A stretch of 64,000 nt of DNA from Candidatus Micrarchaeota archaeon (GCA_043812915.1 JBDRLQ010000004.1:949-64948); one strand, 5' to 3'; shown: positions 28,654 to 38,115, counted from the stretch's first letter. The notes: a model not told the origin generated them from the sequence alone. Made by a program: numbers and translations.

Positions 28654-29124
28654 ATGAAAGGCGTAGAAATGGTGAAGGTAATCGTGACTTTCCTGCTGCT
28701 GGTAGCCGCGGGCACGCTCGCATTTGTCTATCTGTTCCCTCCAGAGGAATACAAGCCGGGCGTGGAAGTCAACCAGGAGACATTCACCCACATCCTTGAG
28801 GAGGCGGCAGATGTCAACATAGTTATGGACATCCGCGACATTGAGGATCCAAATGATCGGTGGGCGGTCCTCCAGTGCGGCGTCGATTTTGCCGGAAGCC
28901 GCGGGCTTGTGACAAAGAGGGTGCATTACCTCTCGATAGATGATGATGGCTGCGTCGCCGAGGATGGGAGGCATCCGGCTGAATTCTGTTACAGCGCGAT
29001 GAAAGGCGGGCTCAACCTCTACATCCACAAGGGAACCGAGACCACCTTCCACACGGACGCGATGGCGGTGGGAGTGCAGCATGATTACATTGTCGGCCTG
29101 TGCAACATCGAGCCGATCGGCTGA
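28654..29124 (+). CDS. hypothetical N-terminally anchored protein
   Basis: VKVIVTFLLLVAAGTLAFVYLF TM helix. Begins 10 nt after the upstream gene, so co-transcription is likely. Confidence 0.5.
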   Translation: MKGVEMVKVIVTFLLLVAAGTLAFVYLFPPEEYKPGVEVNQETFTHILEEAADVNIVMDIRDIEDPNDRWAVLQCGVDFAGSRGLVTKRVHYLSIDDDGCVAEDGRHPAEFCYSAMKGGLNLYIHKGTETTFHTDAMAVGVQHDYIVGLCNIEPIG

Positions 29125-29186
29125 TTCTTTTTTTGATTTTTAGTGTTAATATGTGTTTATAATTCTATTGTTATAAATTCCATATA

Positions 29187-30713
29187 ATGGAGAGAAAGCT
29201 GCTAAATCACAAAGAGCTGCCAAAGGAAAGGCCATCCAGTCATAATTGGGCAAAAGCGGCAGCCGCGCTGCTAACTGCGCCCCTGGCTCTTCTTCCATGC
29301 TGCTCCCTGCAGGGCAGGCGGCCTGTCGCTCCAACCCCGAGCCAGGTCCGGGTTGTCCATAATGAGGAGCGCGACTGGTATGCTCTAGGATCGAACATTA
29401 ATGACTCTTCAGAATTCCGACCTTTCGAGGGAATTCTTCAGGAGATTGGCGGGATGCTGCCGGTCCCGGCTGAGAGGGTTTATCTGGTGACAAACGAGGA
29501 ACTTGAGAGGATCTGCAGCCCTGATGCTGGAGGTTGCTACCGGCGTTCCCAGCAAGACATATATATCGGAGAGGGGTACTTCACTCCCGGCCAGGACGAA
29601 AACCAGTACGGGACGGCCCATTGCAAGATCCAGGAACGCCCTTCCCTAAGGGATGACAACAGGCTGGATGTGTGGGCCCACGAGCAAGGCCACCATTTCG
29701 ATGATTATCTTGGGACCCGCTTGATGGACCGCTGGCCCAACGAGATTGAGGCCGAGGCGTTCGTGCTCTATTTCGGCGAGCACCTGGCCTTGCACTACGA
29801 CCGCAGGCTGGGAATCGATTTGATACATGTCAAGTTCTCAGGGCAGCTCTACGGGGAGGGCATCTCAACGCAGGAGGAAGCGGCTGAGCTTGCGCAGGAG
29901 TTGATTGATGATTACCGCAATGGGGAGAGGAACTCCCATAGGGACACGACCCTCGGGAGGCTCTCGATTATCGCCCTGCTAGGCTCCGGGGAATTCGATT
30001 CTTTCGGAAGCCTATGGTACTATGTCCATGCCAATTCGCACGGGCAGGTCATGCGGAAGGTCCGCCAAAACCTCCTGAATATGGGGGAGGGCCTGGAGGT
30101 TGCAGAGCGGCTGCAGCAGGAGCTAATTGGCGCCCACATGCAGGTATCGGATAGCTTCGATGCGGAATATCTTACAAATCTGGATCTGGGCGGGTATGGG
30201 GCGGGGGAGCTCCATGAGCCGCCATATCATTATACCGATGAGGAATTGCGGGTCGATGGCTTCATCTGGTCGAATGGGGTGGCAGGAGTCCATTTCAGGC
30301 ACTTCTCCAATACAGCCACAGGATATGAAATGTGGAGGCTGAGAATACGCGATAACTACGCTCCTTCCAGGACTCCCCTCTCAAGATACGATATCTATCT
30401 AGAGAGGGATGGGGAAGGTGCCACGCTCCGATTCTATGACAACGCGGCTGGCGAGGTGTCTCAGAGCCTTGAAATACCTGATCTCTCCAGGAATCGCGGC
30501 CTCATTACTGCAGGCTCGAACCCGCTGGAGCTAACATTCTGCGCGTTAGAGCACCTCGAGGTGGATGTGAATCCGTCCCGCTATCTTAACATCTTCACGA
30601 ATATGCTGAGGCGCCTTCGCACGGTCTTCGAGAGAATCGATTCTGATGAGGCGAGGGAGGCACTGGAATACCTGGATGCCCAGGTATCCGACATCCTCGG
30701 CAATCAGCCATAA
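29187..30713 (+). CDS. putative HExxH zinc-metallopeptidase lipoprotein (paralog of 43655..45178)
   Basis: Lipobox-like LALLPCCS. HEQGH at 29679-29693 within VWAHEQGHHFDDYLG. Full-length similarity to the second copy. Confidence 0.6.
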   Translation: MERKLLNHKELPKERPSSHNWAKAAAALLTAPLALLPCCSLQGRRPVAPTPSQVRVVHNEERDWYALGSNINDSSEFRPFEGILQEIGGMLPVPAERVYLVTNEELERICSPDAGGCYRRSQQDIYIGEGYFTPGQDENQYGTAHCKIQERPSLRDDNRLDVWAHEQGHHFDDYLGTRLMDRWPNEIEAEAFVLYFGEHLALHYDRRLGIDLIHVKFSGQLYGEGISTQEEAAELAQELIDDYRNGERNSHRDTTLGRLSIIALLGSGEFDSFGSLWYYVHANSHGQVMRKVRQNLLNMGEGLEVAERLQQELIGAHMQVSDSFDAEYLTNLDLGGYGAGELHEPPYHYTDEELRVDGFIWSNGVAGVHFRHFSNTATGYEMWRLRIRDNYAPSRTPLSRYDIYLERDGEGATLRFYDNAAGEVSQSLEIPDLSRNRGLITAGSNPLELTFCALEHLEVDVNPSRYLNIFTNMLRRLRTVFERIDSDEAREALEYLDAQVSDILGNQP

Positions 30714-30742
30714 ATGAAGAATGCGGGCACCTGAATCCTTGC

Positions 30743-31945
30743 TTACTTGTATCTTAGGAATGCGCCTATCCCGCCGAAACCTGTCAGGAACTGGGCGCCT
30801 TCAGTGGTATTAGTAGAAATAATCTCGACCGGAATCTCCATCTTCCTGGCCAAATCTGATAGCTCATCGACAAGGCTCTCATCCTCCTGCAGCCTCATCT
30901 GGGCGCGGCAGTTGGGGCACTGGATTTTCTCATCCGCTCTGTCCCTGAAAACCTTTTCCTCTTCGGTCTCGCAGGCCGGGCACTTGTACTTGCCCTTCAC
31001 GTGCGTCAGTCCTTCGGAGAGCAGCACCTTTTCCGCCTGCTTGCTTAGTATGGCGTTCCGCACCTGCTTCTCACCATAGGTCCCAAGTCCGTCGGAAACT
31101 ACTTCCTTGATGAATCTCTCCACAATAATCTTCTCCTTGACCGCCTCCTGCTCGGCAAGAATGGTGTCGCTCTTGGCCAGCACTTCGCGAATGCCGTACT
31201 CATCCGTATAGCCGGTATCCACGCAGCCGAGAATCTTGTGCTGGTAGTTGAACATCCTGGCCTTCAGGAAGAACTCCTTTGTCGGGCCCGGGCCGCCAAC
31301 CATTATTCCCTTCACCTTGTTCAGGAACGCGTCATCCATAGCCAGTCCCACGCGCTGATAATACTTCTCTATCTGCTCCTCCACAAGGCGCTGGTACCTC
31401 CTCTGCGACTGCCCTCCCTTGCGCACTTTGGCATGCGCGGTTGAGTGCAGTTTCTTTATTATGTGCAGCTGCGTTCCATGCACCGTCGCGAGCGTGGCGT
31501 CGCGTCCATCAAGCACTAAGATGCCGTATTTGTCCTTCGACTCGAGCATTCCCTCAAGCGGCTCAAGGAAGAACCTGCTGTCACAGCGGTAAGTGCCAAT
31601 CTTGAGCGGCTCCGGCGGCTCAAGCGAGAAAAGCTCAATATCCGTCTTGGCCGGATTGTCAGAGATGTTCCCTGCGAAAACCACAATTCCATTCTCAGGG
31701 GCCTTCCTGAAAATCTTCAGATGGTTGATTATCCTCTCCAGAGCGCCAGTGACATTGGTTTTTGTCTGCTTGGACTTGATGTTGCTGGCCTGGCTCATCT
31801 CCTCCCTGAGCTTCCCGGTCATTTCATGGACTGCAGAGCCTGCGGGTATATAGACAGAAATCAGCTGCGTTCCGCTGCCCCTGAAATTCGCAAGCTTTTT
31901 CAGCGCCTTCCGCAGCTCATAGAGCTTCTCGCTTTTCTCTGCCAT
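30743..31945 (-). CDS. prf1: peptide chain release factor aRF1
   Basis: NIKS motif (ASNIKSKQT) and GGQ motif (KGGQSQRRYQRL). The C-domain carries a CPAC...CPNC zinc-ribbon insert. Confidence 0.93.
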   Translation of the reverse strand: MAEKSEKLYELRKALKKLANFRGSGTQLISVYIPAGSAVHEMTGKLREEMSQASNIKSKQTKTNVTGALERIINHLKIFRKAPENGIVVFAGNISDNPAKTDIELFSLEPPEPLKIGTYRCDSRFFLEPLEGMLESKDKYGILVLDGRDATLATVHGTQLHIIKKLHSTAHAKVRKGGQSQRRYQRLVEEQIEKYYQRVGLAMDDAFLNKVKGIMVGGPGPTKEFFLKARMFNYQHKILGCVDTGYTDEYGIREVLAKSDTILAEQEAVKEKIIVERFIKEVVSDGLGTYGEKQVRNAILSKQAEKVLLSEGLTHVKGKYKCPACETEEEKVFRDRADEKIQCPNCRAQMRLQEDESLVDELSDLARKMEIPVEIISTNTTEGAQFLTGFGGIGAFLRYK

Positions 31946-31952
31946 AAAAGAA

Positions 31953-32522
31953 TCACTGGACAGGCTCTACCCGCCCGTCCTCAAAGAAATACCTCATGCC
32001 GACAATCCTTAGCTTCCCATCCGCCTCAAGGCCGGAGACTATTTCGCTCTTCTGCCTGATGGTTTCAATCATGCACTTGACATTCTCGTCCACGGTGCTC
32101 TCGACATCGCAGCCGCACTTCTCTTTCGAGGATTCTATCTTGTCCATAATCGACTGTATGTTCGGAGGGCACTGCCCGCCCTGGCACGCCGCGGTCACCG
32201 CGCCGCACTTCTCATGGCCCATCACCACCAGCAAAGGAGTATGCAGATGCTCGGTGCCATACTCTATGCTGCCAAGCACAACTTCATCGACCACATTGCC
32301 GGCATTCCTTATTACGAATATCTCGCCTACATTGGCATCGAATATCAGTTCGGGCACAACTCTCGAGTCCGAGCAGGTAAGGATTGTCACGAACGGCTTC
32401 TGTACGTTTTTTGTGGATTCCCTTGCAGAGCCGACGTCTTTTTCCGCAAGCTTTCCTGACATGTATCTTCTGTTCCTCTCATTCAGTTTATTCATTGCCT
32501 CTTCTGCATTCATAGCATTCAC
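31953..32522 (-). CDS. beta-class carbonic anhydrase
   Basis: CSDSR...RNAGN...HEKCGAV give the zinc ligands and the Asp-Arg dyad. Confidence 0.85.
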   Translation of the reverse strand: MNAMNAEEAMNKLNERNRRYMSGKLAEKDVGSARESTKNVQKPFVTILTCSDSRVVPELIFDANVGEIFVIRNAGNVVDEVVLGSIEYGTEHLHTPLLVVMGHEKCGAVTAACQGGQCPPNIQSIMDKIESSKEKCGCDVESTVDENVKCMIETIRQKSEIVSGLEADGKLRIVGMRYFFEDGRVEPVQ

Positions 32523-32577
32523 CCAGAAGTATGGTGGAAATATCCAATGAAGGTTTAAAATAATAAGTGGTGGGTGG

Positions 32578-33732
32578 CTATTTTGCCCTCGCCCGCACCG
32601 GGTTTATGGGCGTCGCGTGCAGCGGCAGGGTCCTGGCCCTCCGAAGATTCGCTGGAGTCTCTTTTTTATCCATCCCATCCATCTCCCTTTTGATTCTCCG
32701 TGAGAGCAGCCATGTTATTCTGCTCTCCCGTGTGCTGGCCCCCATGAAATCCATCCTCCTCTCATCCACTTTCGGCGGAATCGGACACCCCATTTTCTCA
32801 AGGGCGGCTATCACCATGTTAAGCACCTGCGGGTCGCTTTCATTCTCAATCCGCTCCCCCAGTGCATCCTCAACTTCAGGGCCCGCTCCTTTCCCGAAGG
32901 CCTTCAGGGCCTCTGCCGCGAAGAATCTAACTTCCGGGCTCTCATCCTTCAGGCAATTGATGAGCGTGGTCTTGGCTCTCTCCTCTTTCTTCTCGCCCAT
33001 CCTCATGATGAATATCGCCCGGATTATCTCATCAGTTGTTATCGCCCTGGAGAGTGCGCTCTTGGAAGTTATTGTCTTTATTGAAAACAGGAACTCTGCA
33101 GCATCGCACTTCTCATCGCTTGAGCCCCATTGCATAACGCGCGCGGCAGCCCTTTCCACCCTCGGGGAGAATCTCCCGATTGCCTCCTTGCAGAATTCCG
33201 GGTCCCTCTGCAATGCGCGCACAACCGCCTTTTCCGCCCTGATATCCTGCATGTTGAGCAGGCTCTCCAGGGCTGCCAGCCTCGTCTCCGGAGTATTTAG
33301 GTCCAGAGCCTTCTCAAGAATCGGTATCGATTCCATCCCGTTCTTGCCATCAAGCGAAGTGGTCAGTTTCCTGTCGAACAGCAATTCCGCGGCCCCTTTC
33401 CTTTCTTCAGGGGTTCCCCTTTCGATTATCAGCACTGCCGCGGCCTCAATCCGGGGGGACATCTCATCTGCGGCGAGCTCCCGCAACTCCTTGTCCTCAA
33501 TAAGCCTCCTGAAAACCGCCATCTGGGCCCTTGGCAGGCTGATGTCCAGGAGTGAGTCGACCGCCGCCAGCCGGACCGCAATCTCGTAATCAGAAAGTGC
33601 CTTTTCAAGGGCCGGGACCGCGTCCGCCCCGAAGGGGCACAGCATGCGCGCGCCATATGCCCTCATGTCCGCAAGCGGGTGGCTTAGCATGTTGGCGTAT
33701 TCGAATAGCTTATGGTCTGTCCCTCGCGGCAA
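32578..33732 (-). CDS. HEAT-repeat protein
   Basis: Repeated units such as DESPEVRFFAAEALKAFG, SDPQVLNMVIAALEKMG and YEIAVRLAAVDSLLDI. Confidence 0.65.
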   Translation of the reverse strand: MPRGTDHKLFEYANMLSHPLADMRAYGARMLCPFGADAVPALEKALSDYEIAVRLAAVDSLLDISLPRAQMAVFRRLIEDKELRELAADEMSPRIEAAAVLIIERGTPEERKGAAELLFDRKLTTSLDGKNGMESIPILEKALDLNTPETRLAALESLLNMQDIRAEKAVVRALQRDPEFCKEAIGRFSPRVERAAARVMQWGSSDEKCDAAEFLFSIKTITSKSALSRAITTDEIIRAIFIMRMGEKKEERAKTTLINCLKDESPEVRFFAAEALKAFGKGAGPEVEDALGERIENESDPQVLNMVIAALEKMGCPIPPKVDERRMDFMGASTRESRITWLLSRRIKREMDGMDKKETPANLRRARTLPLHATPINPVRARAK

Positions 33733-33841
33733 AAGATATCACCCACTCTCCAAGTTTTTTTCTGCGCACTGATTGTCGACTAACTGGTCACAATCCATTA
33801 TTCTGCAATATTTAAAAACACTTTCAGCAACCAATATCACT

Positions 33842-34975
33842 ATGTCAGGCACAGTTATCCGCAGTAAAACCGGGAGCCCTCAAGAGAGCGCTCCAAGGGC
33901 AGGAAAAAATTTTGAGAAGTCCGGCAGTCCCGGAATTGAGGAGCTAAGGCGCTCCATGATTGGCGGCAGGCTCACGCCCGAGAATTCGCTTATGGTGATT
34001 TTTCTGGGCAACGAGGAGCATGTAAGGGAAGTGGAGGACTCGGGAATAACCCCTAGGCAGAGGCTCGAAGCCGCGAGAAATGGCCAGGTCGATGCGGTCA
34101 TTCTCTATTGCTCGGATGCAAGGATGGTGGGGATGGACAATGCACGGAATCCAGAAATCTTCATACACATCAGGGTAGCCGGAAACTCAATGCCCGACTC
34201 CGGGGCCTCGCTCGAGGAAATCCAGGATGCGGTATCGCTTCTGAAGCCGGACGGGGTTTTGGTGGTAGCTTCGCATGTCCACTGCGGGGCCATTACGGAA
34301 TACGTTAAATGGGACAAATCAAGCAGCACCGGGAGTGAAAGCCTTGATTACCTCCTTAAGGCAATCGCAGGGGATACCCCGGAGGAGAACGCCCTTGCGC
34401 AGGTCGAGAGGGCATCATCCGTGCTGGACCTTGGCGGGCGCAAAGCGGTGGCGCTTCATTATGACTGGACGACCGAAAACGGGATGAGCTCCCTCTCGGA
34501 AGATGTTCCTGAACCCGTAAGGCATATCATAGATGTCGCAATCAAGAATCACGCTTCGGCTAATGCGGGGGGGCAGCTGACGGAAAAGCTGGCAAAGCAG
34601 ACTCCTCATGTTATGATTGTTGCCGCTGATGACCTGCCGATGGGCGTGCCCTCGATTGTCGCTTCAAAGCAGAATGAAGTGTTCGTGACGACCGGCTCTA
34701 AGCACGGGTTGGATATGATGGACATCGCCTCGGACTTTTATGCGGCAACCCACATGGGCCAGAACCACATCGCCTTCATCGCCCCTGGCGCAAAAGAGGA
34801 TGAGCCGGAGGTTTCCAGGCTATTCATGAAATGGGAATCTGATTTGAGGGTGGAGCCTGAACTCGCCAAGAGGATTGATGACGGGCGGCTGACAGTCAGC
34901 AGGCTCAGGTATGATCTCGATTCCGGGAGGCTTTCGCTTCTTGGCTCCGGCATGCAATCCCCAAACACTATCTAA
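33842..34975 (+). CDS. divergent beta-carbonic-anhydrase-like protein (intact N-terminal CA-like half, degenerate second half)
   Basis: CSDAR at 34109-34123, RVAGN, and HVHCG at 34274-34288 align with the canonical CA 2 kb upstream. The C-terminal half keeps the spacing but lacks the Cys ligands. Confidence 0.55.
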   Translation: MSGTVIRSKTGSPQESAPRAGKNFEKSGSPGIEELRRSMIGGRLTPENSLMVIFLGNEEHVREVEDSGITPRQRLEAARNGQVDAVILYCSDARMVGMDNARNPEIFIHIRVAGNSMPDSGASLEEIQDAVSLLKPDGVLVVASHVHCGAITEYVKWDKSSSTGSESLDYLLKAIAGDTPEENALAQVERASSVLDLGGRKAVALHYDWTTENGMSSLSEDVPEPVRHIIDVAIKNHASANAGGQLTEKLAKQTPHVMIVAADDLPMGVPSIVASKQNEVFVTTGSKHGLDMMDIASDFYAATHMGQNHIAFIAPGAKEDEPEVSRLFMKWESDLRVEPELAKRIDDGRLTVSRLRYDLDSGRLSLLGSGMQSPNTI

Positions 34976-35052
34976 AACTCTTTTTCCCTTTTTTATCCTC
35001 TTTTTCCACCCATAACAATAGGTTTAAAAACAGAAAACGCGCTAATTAGTGC

Positions 35053-35676
35053 ATGGCACAGGCATTTGAGGTGGGAAGTGGCAGCCGGGGCAGCGGGAAG
35101 GTATGTGCAGAAGGCACAAAACTAACTCTGCACAGGTCTAATCTATCCTCCCAGAGGAATCTCAGGGACAGGAGATTCACTCACCCAGCAGCCGGAGAGC
35201 TTCTCAAAAGAGTGCTGGAAAACCATCCAAGGGCTGACGAGCTCAAGAAATGGAGGGCAATGAGCACCGAGGAGCGCCAAGACCTTGTCGAGACCATGAA
35301 AACCCAGGCCGCGAATCTGGTCACCGGGAACATGCTCAAGGCACTTGGAAAGCCAAATGTTGATACTGCTAAAGAGGCTCTTGCAACTGGCATGAAGGCT
35401 AGCGGCGCCACAGTAAGCGAGATGTCAGCAACTATCGCGCTAATTGAAGGCTGCGGAGATGACGCATTCATGCTCATGGACAGCGCAGTCAGAACTGAAT
35501 ACTCCGGGGGAATCAGGACAAAAGCGCCTGGATTCGCCCCTAAGAATGTCCTTATTGTCACTCCTGAGGCTGTCACTGCGCTCGGGGACGAAGTAGAATG
35601 CTCAGAGAACCCTGCAGCTGCACTTACAAGGCTTGTAAAAGAAGTTGGCGACTACAGGCAGGCAATGAGCGCCTAG
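35053..35676 (+). CDS. hypothetical protein
   Basis: 207-aa ORF. Its 3' end overlaps the convergent 766-aa gene by 4 nt. No motif recognised. Confidence 0.45.
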   Translation: MAQAFEVGSGSRGSGKVCAEGTKLTLHRSNLSSQRNLRDRRFTHPAAGELLKRVLENHPRADELKKWRAMSTEERQDLVETMKTQAANLVTGNMLKALGKPNVDTAKEALATGMKASGATVSEMSATIALIEGCGDDAFMLMDSAVRTEYSGGIRTKAPGFAPKNVLIVTPEAVTALGDEVECSENPAAALTRLVKEVGDYRQAMSA

Positions 35677-37973
35677 TTCCTTCTGCTTTTAGTTAAGTCA
35701 ACCAAATGCCTTTTTGCAGTCTTAATCAGCATGGTTTCGAAGAGCTTCATGAAAGTCTCCATGGCCCCGCCGTATCTCTTTAATCCGAATCTTCTGATGA
35801 GAGCAACTACCTCGTAGGGGTCGTGGTTTGAAGGGACCTGCTTCAGAATCTCCACTAAATCAAGCCCGATTGCCCCCTTTGTCTTTGCAACGAATTCAGC
35901 CACTACAGAGTCGGCAACTTCGGGCACGAAGATATTGTTCCCTCGCACCTGCCCGTTCTTTGCCCTCTCCGCTTCAAATAGCGTGACTATGGAAGTTGCA
36001 CCCTCGCCATATACGAGCTCTGCGATGAGCTTCGCCTCGGCATATGGGTCTTTGGGCCTTCCCCTCCCTTCGAGCTCTTGAAGGATGTCCGGATGCCCCT
36101 CAAGCATGCTCCTTGAGAATTCCTCAATCATCGGATTCGCCGGAGCTTCCCTTGCTCCGAGGTTCCTCTGCAAGAGCGGATTCCTGCTCCTCCCAAGCCC
36201 GCCTGCCCTGTGCGCGAAGTTTGAAACCCTCGACAAAAGAATCCTGACCGCGGGCGCCACTTGGGAGATTGATTTTCTTGTAACGAGTATAAGGTTCCCA
36301 TCCCTCTTGGCGTCACCGCCATAAAGGACCGGAAGGAGATTCGGCATCTGGATTGAGTGAATGGCCTCATCAATGTCATCGCCAACATCTGCTGCTGTTT
36401 CGCTCCGGACTGGGCATGCGATGAACAGGGGCCTGATAGTTCCTGTCGACACGCTCTTTAGGTCCTGCTCGATTTCCTTTGCCCTTTCGCTCAGGCGCCG
36501 CACATCCTCCATCATCCTCTCCCTGCTAAGGTACCTGAAGATGGCTCCGGATGAGCCTAGCCTGACAAATCCTCTGTTGTTGCCTGGCGCGCTGAGGAAT
36601 AAGTATACGAATCCGTTGACTGCCTTGTGGTCGCAGAGGAGCCGGAGGGCTCGCAGCCGTACAACCCCAATCTGCCCCGAGACCATCCACTTGCCCCTTT
36701 CATGGGCCCTGTTGATGAATATCCTCTGCATATCGCCCCCAATCTCATAGACATGCTTGACGACAAGGAGGTATCTGTCTTTTACCGGACTCATCCCATA
36801 GGAGAGCGCAGCCTCGGTCTCATGGAACTGCTGCTCTTTCTCCCGGGTAAGCGATGAGAGCGCTTCCCCCCATCCGTTCCCTCCATTCTCAATCGGTATG
36901 TGGAATGAGGCGGATTCGATCCCTTCCCTGCATTCCCTTATTGCCCCCTTTAGGGCATTTGCAATCTCCTGCGGCGCCTTCCCCCTGATTCCAACGAAGG
37001 ATGAGTGCTCCCTTACCGAGAAGAAGTTCTCCATCAGGTGGCTTGCCGTTGTATCATCAATTTTGCTCCCATCCGGGAACCTGAATGTCTTGAGGAATCC
37101 CCTAACCCTCGAGAGCATCGTTTTCTCTGCCTCGTACATGACCGGCCCGAGGGCCTTTGCCCCGAAGCTGACCGTAATCAGCTCGCCGCTTCCCCTGCTT
37201 CCGACCATGGAGGCCGCAAGATAAGCGTCATCGCTCCCCCAGAGAGTCTTGCGCAGCTCATCAGTGAATTCCTTGTAGAAATAAGCGAGCTTCAAGTCCC
37301 CCATCTTCCTTCCCCCAAGATAGTTGACCTCGTCCATGCAGCCGCAGTCGAAGAGCGTTATGTATACCTCCTCAGGCAGGCCATGCTCCATCTCAGTTCC
37401 AAGCACATTGCCAAGAATCTGGCAGCAGTTGTCCAGGGACTGGGAGGCGAGGGCGACCTTTATTGTGGAGCTCAGTATATTCAGGCTGTATGGCGCCTTT
37501 CCGTAAGGGATTTCAATCTCCTCGTTGTCCAGCAGCCTGCTGCAGTCAACATCGTTCCCCCTCAGCAGGGAATCGAGCATGAGCAGGGAGCCCTCCGTGG
37601 TTGTGTGCTCCAGCACCCCGTCCACGATAAGCGGCAGGATGTCCGGGTGGACTTCGATTTCATGGTCTGCCATGAACTGGCTGAAAAGGTTGTAATAGTA
37701 GTAGAAATTGCCTTTGAGCTCCCCTTCCAGGGCTGCCTGCTCTACAGTGAGCGCCTCCACGGTGAGCTTCTGCCCGGTCAGCTCCTCGAACTGCTTGGCC
37801 AGCGGGCTCTCCTGCGGCTTCCTGCTCTTTAGCGCCGCCCACATCTTGTCCAGGAGCTCCCTGCGCCTTTGCTTGGATTCCTTTATGGCGCGTATCCTAT
37901 CGAAGCCGGGGCTCTCCTTTACCGTGAATGCGAGCTTGAGCCGGTTGCCGTTGTCATTTGCCATGGGAAGCAC
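35673..37973 (-). CDS. large hypothetical cytosolic protein (766 aa)
   Basis: Uninterrupted 2.3-kb ORF with a TATA box ~35 nt upstream of the ATG. No signal peptide, TM helix or motif recognised. Confidence 0.6.
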   Translation of the reverse strand: MLPMANDNGNRLKLAFTVKESPGFDRIRAIKESKQRRRELLDKMWAALKSRKPQESPLAKQFEELTGQKLTVEALTVEQAALEGELKGNFYYYYNLFSQFMADHEIEVHPDILPLIVDGVLEHTTTEGSLLMLDSLLRGNDVDCSRLLDNEEIEIPYGKAPYSLNILSSTIKVALASQSLDNCCQILGNVLGTEMEHGLPEEVYITLFDCGCMDEVNYLGGRKMGDLKLAYFYKEFTDELRKTLWGSDDAYLAASMVGSRGSGELITVSFGAKALGPVMYEAEKTMLSRVRGFLKTFRFPDGSKIDDTTASHLMENFFSVREHSSFVGIRGKAPQEIANALKGAIRECREGIESASFHIPIENGGNGWGEALSSLTREKEQQFHETEAALSYGMSPVKDRYLLVVKHVYEIGGDMQRIFINRAHERGKWMVSGQIGVVRLRALRLLCDHKAVNGFVYLFLSAPGNNRGFVRLGSSGAIFRYLSRERMMEDVRRLSERAKEIEQDLKSVSTGTIRPLFIACPVRSETAADVGDDIDEAIHSIQMPNLLPVLYGGDAKRDGNLILVTRKSISQVAPAVRILLSRVSNFAHRAGGLGRSRNPLLQRNLGAREAPANPMIEEFSRSMLEGHPDILQELEGRGRPKDPYAEAKLIAELVYGEGATSIVTLFEAERAKNGQVRGNNIFVPEVADSVVAEFVAKTKGAIGLDLVEILKQVPSNHDPYEVVALIRRFGLKRYGGAMETFMKLFETMLIKTAKRHLVDLTKSRRN

Positions 37974-38005
37974 TCTGCACTATATATTAATTGTGGGCAA
38001 AAGTG

Positions 38006-38013
38006 TTTATAAA
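38006..38013 (-). promoter_or_regulatory. TATA box (TTTATAAA) for the 766-aa gene
   Basis: Lies 33-40 nt upstream of the ATG at 37973, implying a very short leader or a leaderless mRNA. Confidence 0.45.
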
Positions 38014-38068
38014 TAAATGTTAATAACTTATTCCAACACTTTTTTTGAGTTAGAATATGTCCTAATGG

Positions 38069-38077
38069 TTATATAAA
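38069..38077 (+). promoter_or_regulatory. TATA box (TTATATAAA) for glmS
   Basis: About 39 nt upstream of the glmS ATG at 38116. Confidence 0.45.
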
Positions 38078-38115
38078 GAATTTCTCCCATTAATTTTTCT
38101 CATTCAGTGATGCTA

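Noticed and set aside
30743-31945. CPAC...CPNC zinc-ribbon insert in the C-domain of aRF1
   Set aside because: This is probably a lineage-typical variable insertion in the aRF1/eRF1 mini-domain region. I cannot judge its novelty without an alignment.
32567-33589. 340-aa + strand ORF antisense to the HEAT-repeat gene
   Set aside because: Its S/A/L-rich low-complexity translation has no start context. The minus-strand HEAT protein has clear repeat structure.
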